DNA of 42,727 bases from Sphingomonadales bacterium (lineage in GTDB: Bacteria > Pseudomonadota > Alphaproteobacteria > Sphingomonadales > Sphingomonadaceae). Positions 36,995-42,727 of the stretch are shown here, piece after piece. Every line of letters starts with the position of its first letter. The stretch's first letter is position 1. The notes beneath the pieces are model-generated. The model was not told the origin of the DNA, did not search any database, and saw nothing but the letters and a program-made list of their open reading frames with translations. Where the stretch lies: positions 1-42,727 of the forward strand of contig JANPAM010000086.1 in assembly GCA_031429915.1 (NCBI GenBank), given 5' to 3'. The translations under genes were made by a program, and so were the position numbers.

Positions 36995-37413
36995 GCGCCG
37001 CTTTGGTAAAGGCTGCGATTGCTGCAGCAGGCAATGCTTACGCACCCTATTCGAATTTCCATGTCGGGGCGGCTTTGCTGCTCGAAGACGGCAGCATCGT
37101 TACCGGAGCCAATTTTGAAAACGCCAGCTACGGCGTGACGTTATGCGCCGAAACCGTTGCCATTGCGAAAGCGAATAGCGACGGGCAGCTGAGAGAAATT
37201 ATTGCGATTGCCGTTGCAGGTGGCCCCGCCGGCAAAATTGCGGCTGGCGAGATAACGACTACCCCTTGCGGTCGCTGCCGTCAGATCATCAAAGAAGTCG
37301 CCGATCTGACCGGACGCGACCTGCCAGTTTACTGCGCTAAGGCAGACGGGTACGATACATACACATTGTCCGAATTGTTGCCGCACGGCTTTGGCCCGGC
37401 CAGCCTTAAATAG
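36991..37413 (+). CDS. cdd: Cytidine deaminase
   Basis: Motifs AYAPYSNFHVGAA, GANFENASY, CAE, PCGRCRQ, LLP.GF; ATGA overlap with the GH25 gene. Confidence 0.95.
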   Translation: MSAALVKAAIAAAGNAYAPYSNFHVGAALLLEDGSIVTGANFENASYGVTLCAETVAIAKANSDGQLREIIAIAVAGGPAGKIAAGEITTTPCGRCRQIIKEVADLTGRDLPVYCAKADGYDTYTLSELLPHGFGPASLK

Positions 37414-37422
37414 AGGAAACCC

Positions 37423-37977
37423 ATGTCCATCCTTTCCGACATCTGGATCCGCGAACAGGCGCAAGCAACCGGCATGATCGAACCCTTTGTCGAGGCACAG
37501 CGTCGCGATGGTTGTATATCCTATGGACTGTCTTCTTATGGATACGATGCGCGTGTCGCCGACGAATTCAAGATTTTCACCAATGTTAACTCCTCGGTCG
37601 TCGATCCCAAAGACTTCGACCCCAACAGCTTTGTCGACCGGAAGACCGACGTCTGCATCATCCCGCCGAACAGCTTTGCGCTGGCTCGCACCGTCGAGTA
37701 TTTTCGCGTCCCGCGCGATGTGCTGGTAATCTGCCTCGGTAAGAGCACCTATGCGCGGTGCGGCATCATCGTCAACGTGACTCCGCTCGAACCGGGCTGG
37801 GAGGGCCATGTGACGCTCGAGTTTTCCAACACTACGCCGTTGCCTGCTAAAATTTACGCCAATGAAGGTGCGTGCCAGTTTCTGTTTCTCAAAGGCGAAC
37901 AACCCTGCGAAACCAGCTACGCCGACCGGGCAGGCAAATATATGGGCCAACGCGGCGTTACTTTGCCCAAGCTTTGA
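37423..37977 (+). CDS. dcd: dCTP deaminase
   Basis: Motifs [44 protein letters not shown]. Confidence 0.97.
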   Translation: MSILSDIWIREQAQATGMIEPFVEAQRRDGCISYGLSSYGYDARVADEFKIFTNVNSSVVDPKDFDPNSFVDRKTDVCIIPPNSFALARTVEYFRVPRDVLVICLGKSTYARCGIIVNVTPLEPGWEGHVTLEFSNTTPLPAKIYANEGACQFLFLKGEQPCETSYADRAGKYMGQRGVTLPKL

Positions 37978-38051
37978 GCCAAAATGCAACGTTAATGGCT
38001 CGATTGCCTTGCTCGGCGGTTACGTCTAGCATCGGCTAGAGGAGAGTGGTC

Positions 38052-38495
38052 ATGTTTTCAGGGTTATTTGCATTTGTCGGCCGCATTATGCTGTCGTTGA
38101 TTTTCATCGTATCGGGCGCGTTGAAGCTTGGTGATCCGTCAGCGACCAGTAGCGCTCTCGCGAGCGTAGGTTTCCCGACGAGCCTTGCGTTGCCATCGAT
38201 ATTGTTTGAACTCGTCGGCGGAATAATGATCGCTCTGGGCATTTTTACACGGATCACATCGCTCGTTTTTGCGGCCTTTTGTTTGCTGACGGCATTGCTG
38301 TTCCACGGCGAAACCGCCGACCCGACGCAGGCGGCTATGGCGATGAAGAACATTGCAATCGCAGGCGGTTTCCTGTGCCTGTTCGCTTATGAAGGCAAAT
38401 CGTGGAGCCTCGACCATTATCGCTCGCGGCGCAGGCGCGAAGCCGAGGCGCGGGTTGCCGCAACCAGCGACCATCCGGCGACCGGCGCGGGGTAA
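38052..38495 (+). CDS. DoxX family membrane protein
   Basis: Motifs GRIMLSLIFI.SG..K, ELVGG..I.LG..TR, FH, KNIAIAGGFL, WSLD; GAGGAG RBS. Confidence 0.9.
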   Translation: MFSGLFAFVGRIMLSLIFIVSGALKLGDPSATSSALASVGFPTSLALPSILFELVGGIMIALGIFTRITSLVFAAFCLLTALLFHGETADPTQAAMAMKNIAIAGGFLCLFAYEGKSWSLDHYRSRRRREAEARVAATSDHPATGAG

Positions 38496-38567
38496 TCTAC
38501 CCTCGCTTTTGACATTCTCGCTTGCTCAGCCCATCAGATTGGGGAACAGAATCAAGGAGGATTTCAA

Positions 38568-39731
38568 ATGCCGGAAGCGCGTGAATTCGATATCATAGTT
38601 TACGGAGCAACTGGCTACACCGGGCGCTTAGTTGCTGAATATCTGACGACCCGGGACGATGCACCAAAATGGGCGATGGCGGGGCGGAGCCTCGCAAAGC
38701 TGGAAGACGTACGAGACTTGATAGGTGCCGCCGCTGATACACCTTTAGTTGTCGCGGACGCGGCCGATCCGGCTTCGCTTGATGCGATTTGTAAGCGGGC
38801 CAAGGTCATCCTGACCACAGTCGGGCCGTATCAACTTTATGGCGACGAACTGGTCGCGGCATGTGTCGCCAATGGTACCGACTACACCGACCTATGTGGC
38901 GAACCCGCCTGGATGCGCACCCAAATCGACCAACATGACGCCGCTGCCAAGGCGTCAGGCGCGCGTATCTGCTTCTCCGCCGGGTTCGATTCAATTCCGT
39001 TCGATCTCGGCGTGCAGATGTTGCAAAAGCTTTGCGCTGAAAAATTCGGTGCGCCTGCCCCTCGTGTAAAAGGCCGCGTTCGCGCCATGAAGGGCACGTT
39101 CTCCGGCGGAACTGCGGCAAGTCTGAAAGCAACGATGGCGGCAGCGGCCAAGGACCCCGCAGTGATCGGCCACCTCGTCAACCCGTTTTCACTCGCTGGC
39201 GATTTTGCAGGCCCGCCGCAACCACCGGGAAACAAGCCTGAATATGACGAGAGCTTGAAAAGCTGGGCAACCAATTTCGTCATGGCGCCGATCAACACCA
39301 AGAATGTTCACCGGACCAATTTTTTATTGGGCCACAAATACGGCGCAGACTTCGTTTATGACGAAATGATGCTGACTGGCGACGGTGAACAAGGCGAGGC
39401 AATTGCCAAGCATGTCGCCTCTACGCCGATGATGGGCGGTGCTGACGATCCGAAACCGGGCGAAGGCCCCACGAAGGAAGAGCGCGAGACCGGCTTTTAC
39501 GATGTCCTGTTTATCGCCGAATATCCTGACGGACGTACCGCACGGTTGTCGGTCAAGGGCGACAAGGACCCCGGCTATGGCTCGACGTCAAAGATGATTA
39601 GTGAAACCGCAATTGCCTTGTGCGAAATTGACGGCCCGGGCGGAGTTACTACGCCGGGTGCTGCTTTGGGCGAAGCGTTGGTCGAACGGTTGCAGGCGAA
39701 CGCCGGGCTGACTTTCACGGTCGAGGGTTAG
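38568..39731 (+). CDS. Saccharopine dehydrogenase-like oxidoreductase (trans-acting enoyl reductase family)
   Basis: Motifs YGATGYTG, AGRS..KL, TVGPY.LYG, YTDLCGE, GFDSIPFD, SGGT, DPGYGST, GGVTTP. Confidence 0.9.
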   Translation: MPEAREFDIIVYGATGYTGRLVAEYLTTRDDAPKWAMAGRSLAKLEDVRDLIGAAADTPLVVADAADPASLDAICKRAKVILTTVGPYQLYGDELVAACVANGTDYTDLCGEPAWMRTQIDQHDAAAKASGARICFSAGFDSIPFDLGVQMLQKLCAEKFGAPAPRVKGRVRAMKGTFSGGTAASLKATMAAAAKDPAVIGHLVNPFSLAGDFAGPPQPPGNKPEYDESLKSWATNFVMAPINTKNVHRTNFLLGHKYGADFVYDEMMLTGDGEQGEAIAKHVASTPMMGGADDPKPGEGPTKEERETGFYDVLFIAEYPDGRTARLSVKGDKDPGYGSTSKMISETAIALCEIDGPGGVTTPGAALGEALVERLQANAGLTFTVEG

Positions 39732-39772
39732 CGCTTCCCTAGCGTGCACCCTACGCCTATAGGCCGCGAGCC

Positions 39773-40537
39773 ATGTTAGGTCGCTTCTTCAAGAAAACTG
39801 CTGTCCGCCGTCCGCTCGATACCGCTTGGGTACCGGATGGTCAGCGCGTTTATGCCATTGGCGATATTCATGGGCGTAACGATTTGCTCGCTCAACTGCT
39901 CTCCCAGATTGATGCTGACGACGAGGAGCGCGGTTCGGCGGATACGCACATTATCTTCCTCGGCGACCTTATGGACCGCGGGGAAGACAGCGCTGGTGTG
40001 ATTGAAACGGCGATGGCTTTACGCGATTCCGGTCGCAAAGTGCGTTTCCTGATGGGCAACCACGAAGAGGTTTTTGTCCGCGCCTGCCGCAAGAATGATT
40101 CGAAGACTACTCGCTTCTTCCTTCGCATCGGTGGCGAGGAAACGGTGTTGTCTTACCCGATTACACGCGCGGAATATATCACGCTTGATATGGAGCAACT
40201 GTCAGAGCGGTTGGCTACGTTGGTACCTGAATCGCATCTCGAATTTATCGAAAGTTTCGAGGACCAGATCGTCATTGGCGACTATGCCTTTGTCCACGCA
40301 GGCATCCGACCCGGCGTGCCGCTGTCCGAGCAAAAGCCGACCGACCTCCGTTGGATCCGTGAAGAATTTGTCGACCAGCGCGGCGATCTCGAGAAGGTCG
40401 TGGTCTACGGCCACACGATTTACGATGAGGTCGAAGAGCGCGGGTCGCGCATCGGGATCGATACTGGTGCCTATGCATCGGGTAAATTGACCGCCTTGGC
40501 GCTGGAGGGCGGCGAACGCTGGTATTTGCAAACCTGA
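39773..40537 (+). CDS. Metallophosphoesterase, PPP-type Ser/Thr protein phosphatase family
   Basis: Motifs GDIHG, LGDLMDRG, GNHE, VHAG, WIR, GHT, IDTGA. Confidence 0.92.
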   Translation: MLGRFFKKTAVRRPLDTAWVPDGQRVYAIGDIHGRNDLLAQLLSQIDADDEERGSADTHIIFLGDLMDRGEDSAGVIETAMALRDSGRKVRFLMGNHEEVFVRACRKNDSKTTRFFLRIGGEETVLSYPITRAEYITLDMEQLSERLATLVPESHLEFIESFEDQIVIGDYAFVHAGIRPGVPLSEQKPTDLRWIREEFVDQRGDLEKVVVYGHTIYDEVEERGSRIGIDTGAYASGKLTALALEGGERWYLQT

Positions 40538-40554
40538 TGCTTTATCTATGGGGC

Positions 40555-41877
40555 ATGAAAAAAATTGCCCTGCTCGCCAGCGCCGCCGCGCTGCTCTTCG
40601 CCTCCCCCGTTACTGCCCAGCAAAAACCTAGTCCGCAACGATTGAAGGCCGATGTCGAGAAGCTGGTCAGCTTTGGCACGCGGCATACGTTGTCCTCAGC
40701 CACAGATCCTAAACGCGGCATTGGCGCGGCACGGGCTTGGGCAAAAACAGAGTTCGAGAAGATCTCCAAAGCTTGCCGATCCTGCCTGACCACAGAAATG
40801 CTGGAGCGGAATATGTCCGGCCCGCGCGTGCCAAATGGCGTTAAGATCGTTGATGTGCTCGCGATTAAGCCCGGTAAGATGGGCTGGGACCATGTCATCA
40901 TCATTGCAGGCCATATCGACAGCCGCGTTTCGGACGTGATGGATTTCACCAAGGATGCGCCGGGGGCGAACGATGACGGGTCAGGCAGCGCATTGGTCCT
41001 CGAAGCGGCGCGGGTCATGTCCAAATTGCCGCAGAGCGAGGCGACGATCATATTCGCATTGCTGTCCGGGGAGGAACAAGGGTTATTCGGCGGTCGGCTG
41101 CTTGCTGAGACCGCAAAGGAACGCGGCTGGAAAGTCACTGCAATGCTCAACAACGACATTGTTGGCGGAACGCTTGGCACCGATGGCCGAAAGGTTGAAA
41201 ACGTGGTCCGCATTTTCAGCGAAGGCATCCGCGCATCGGAAGACATGGCCGCCCAGTTGGCACGGCGCGGTAGCGGCGGCGAGGATGACGGCCCAAGCCG
41301 CGCCTTGATGCGTTATGCCGACAAGGTGGCTGGGAGCGAAATTGGCGTCATTGGCCTCGATGCATTTGGCGTCCGCCGCCCTGACCGTTTTGCGCGCGGC
41401 GGCGACCATTTACCGGCGCTCGAGCTTGGCCTTCCCGCGATCCGCTTCACCGTTGGTGTGGAAAATTACCACCATCAGCATCAGGATCTGCGCACCGAAG
41501 GCGGCATCGAGTATGGCGACACTGTCGATAAAATGGACTTCGACTATTTGGCCAAAGTGACCGCGCTGAACATCGCAACCGCTAATTCCCTGGCAGCTGC
41601 CCCGCCCGCTCCAGCATCCGCCAAGCTTGGCGGCGCGGTGTCGTCTGATACCAAAGTGGAATGGTCACCCGTGTTGGGAGCCAGCGGTTACCGGGTGTAT
41701 GTCCGCAAAGCCGACCAGCCAAATTGGGGAGACGTTGTTGAGGTAAGTGGCGGTGCAGCGACGTCGCATGTCCTGACGGGCGTAATTGTCGATGATCATT
41801 TCGTCGGTGTTTCTGCGGTCAACGCATCGGGCAAAGAGAGCATCATTACCTTCGCCGGCTTGCCTCCTCGACAATGA
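40555..41877 (+). CDS. M28 family metallopeptidase, secreted, with an Fn3-like C-terminus
   Basis: Signal peptide MKKIALL; motifs GHIDS, APGANDDGSG, GEEQGL, NNDIVG, GGDH. Confidence 0.9.
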   Translation: MKKIALLASAAALLFASPVTAQQKPSPQRLKADVEKLVSFGTRHTLSSATDPKRGIGAARAWAKTEFEKISKACRSCLTTEMLERNMSGPRVPNGVKIVDVLAIKPGKMGWDHVIIIAGHIDSRVSDVMDFTKDAPGANDDGSGSALVLEAARVMSKLPQSEATIIFALLSGEEQGLFGGRLLAETAKERGWKVTAMLNNDIVGGTLGTDGRKVENVVRIFSEGIRASEDMAAQLARRGSGGEDDGPSRALMRYADKVAGSEIGVIGLDAFGVRRPDRFARGGDHLPALELGLPAIRFTVGVENYHHQHQDLRTEGGIEYGDTVDKMDFDYLAKVTALNIATANSLAAAPPAPASAKLGGAVSSDTKVEWSPVLGASGYRVYVRKADQPNWGDVVEVSGGAATSHVLTGVIVDDHFVGVSAVNASGKESIITFAGLPPRQ

Positions 41878-41880
41878 ACG

Positions 41881-41913
41881 AAACAAAGGGCGCGGTCTCC
41901 TCGACCGCGCCCT
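41881..41913 (-). terminator. Probable rho-independent terminator downstream of ctrA
   Basis: 11-bp stem AGGGCGCGGTC/GACCGCGCCCT followed by TTGTTT on the minus strand. Confidence 0.75.
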
Positions 41914-42009
41914 CTGCATTACTCCCCCGGGTGTAATCAGGAAAAACCCTTTTGTGGTCGCGTGCCTTAATCGAATAACCGGTTCCCACTTATTCTCGGC
42001 ACGCTCCGC

Positions 42010-42711
42010 TTAAGCAACCATCGGTTGTTCCATATCGTCGAGATCGCGAAGCACATAGCCGCGGCCCCAGACGGTTTCGATGTAGTTCTCGCCCATGCAA
42101 GCCAGCGACAATTTCTTGCGCAGCTTGCAGATGAAGACGTCGATGATCTTGAGTTCGGGTTCGTCCATGCCGCCATAAAGGTGGTTCAGGAACATTTCCT
42201 TGGTGAGCGTGGTGCCTTTGCGAAGCGAAAGCAGCTCCAGCATTGCATATTCTTTGCCGGTCAGATGTACGCGGCTGCCGTCGACTTCGACGGTCTTGGC
42301 ATCGAGATTGACCGCCAGCTTGCCGGTGCGAATAACCGACTGTGAGTGACCCTTTGAACGACGAACAACCGCATGAATGCGGGCAACCAGTTCTTCGCGG
42401 TGGAAGGGCTTGGTCACGTAATCGTCGGCACCGAAGCCGAACGAGCGAACCTTGCTGTCCATTTCCGAAATGCCGGATAGAATAAGCACTGGCGTCTGCA
42501 CCTTGGCGACGCGCAGTTTTTTCAGAACATCATATCCGTGCATGTCGGGCAAATTAAGGTCGAGCAATATGATGTCATAATCATAAAGCTTACCCAGATC
42601 GAGGCCTTCTTCGCCCAAATCGGTGGTGTAGACATTGAACCCCTCGGTCGCGAGCATCATTTCGATGGCCTTCGCAGTTGTCGGTTCGTCTTCAATCAAA
42701 AGCACACGCAT
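42010..42711 (-). CDS. ctrA: Cell cycle master response regulator CtrA
   Basis: MRVLLIEDE...[34 protein letters not shown]...[33 protein letters not shown]...IETVWGRGY. Confidence 0.98.
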   Translation of the reverse strand: MRVLLIEDEPTTAKAIEMMLATEGFNVYTTDLGEEGLDLGKLYDYDIILLDLNLPDMHGYDVLKKLRVAKVQTPVLILSGISEMDSKVRSFGFGADDYVTKPFHREELVARIHAVVRRSKGHSQSVIRTGKLAVNLDAKTVEVDGSRVHLTGKEYAMLELLSLRKGTTLTKEMFLNHLYGGMDEPELKIIDVFICKLRKKLSLACMGENYIETVWGRGYVLRDLDDMEQPMVA

Positions 42712-42727
42712 TGGGCAAACCCCTTTA

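Noticed and set aside
1-42727. CRISPR array, IS element, prophage or defence system
   Set aside because: No regularly spaced repeats and no transposase, integrase, phage structural or recognisable defence genes were seen.

Overview
Chromosomal window from an alphaproteobacterium, most likely Sphingomonadaceae (inferred from ctrA, several TonB-dependent receptors, EcfG-type promoters and the dnaB/UPF0262/cdd/dcd neighbourhood). The left 29 kb is accessory metabolism. It holds two acyl-CoA dehydrogenases (one frameshifted) around tRNA-Arg(CCG) and a phosphate-scavenging set (two PhoD, plus a beta-propeller phytase and TonB-dependent receptor sharing divergent Pho boxes). It also holds kynA, mddA, a cobalamin riboswitch-btuB-membrane protein unit and a small secreted chaplin-like protein. 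A ~12.5 kb uncharacterised cluster encodes TetR, a Rieske oxygenase, a phytoene-desaturase-family flavoprotein, a TonB-dependent receptor, a TPR-sulfotransferase, MocA, XdhC, an IorAB-type molybdoenzyme and a GNAT. The right 14 kb is mostly core genes (ydbST-like, FabK-like, lysC, ubiG, dnaB, cdd, dcd, ctrA). No integrase, transposase, prophage or CRISPR was seen. The most notable observations are an 82-bp palindromic REP-like element read in-frame as 27 aa inside the YdbT-like gene (with an architecturally similar intergenic element near dnaB), the uncharacterised Rieske/flavoprotein/sulfotransferase/molybdoenzyme cluster, a candidate stand-alone B12 inner-membrane transporter and a GH25 lacking its catalytic acids. 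All calls come from reading motifs by eye; no database searches were run.
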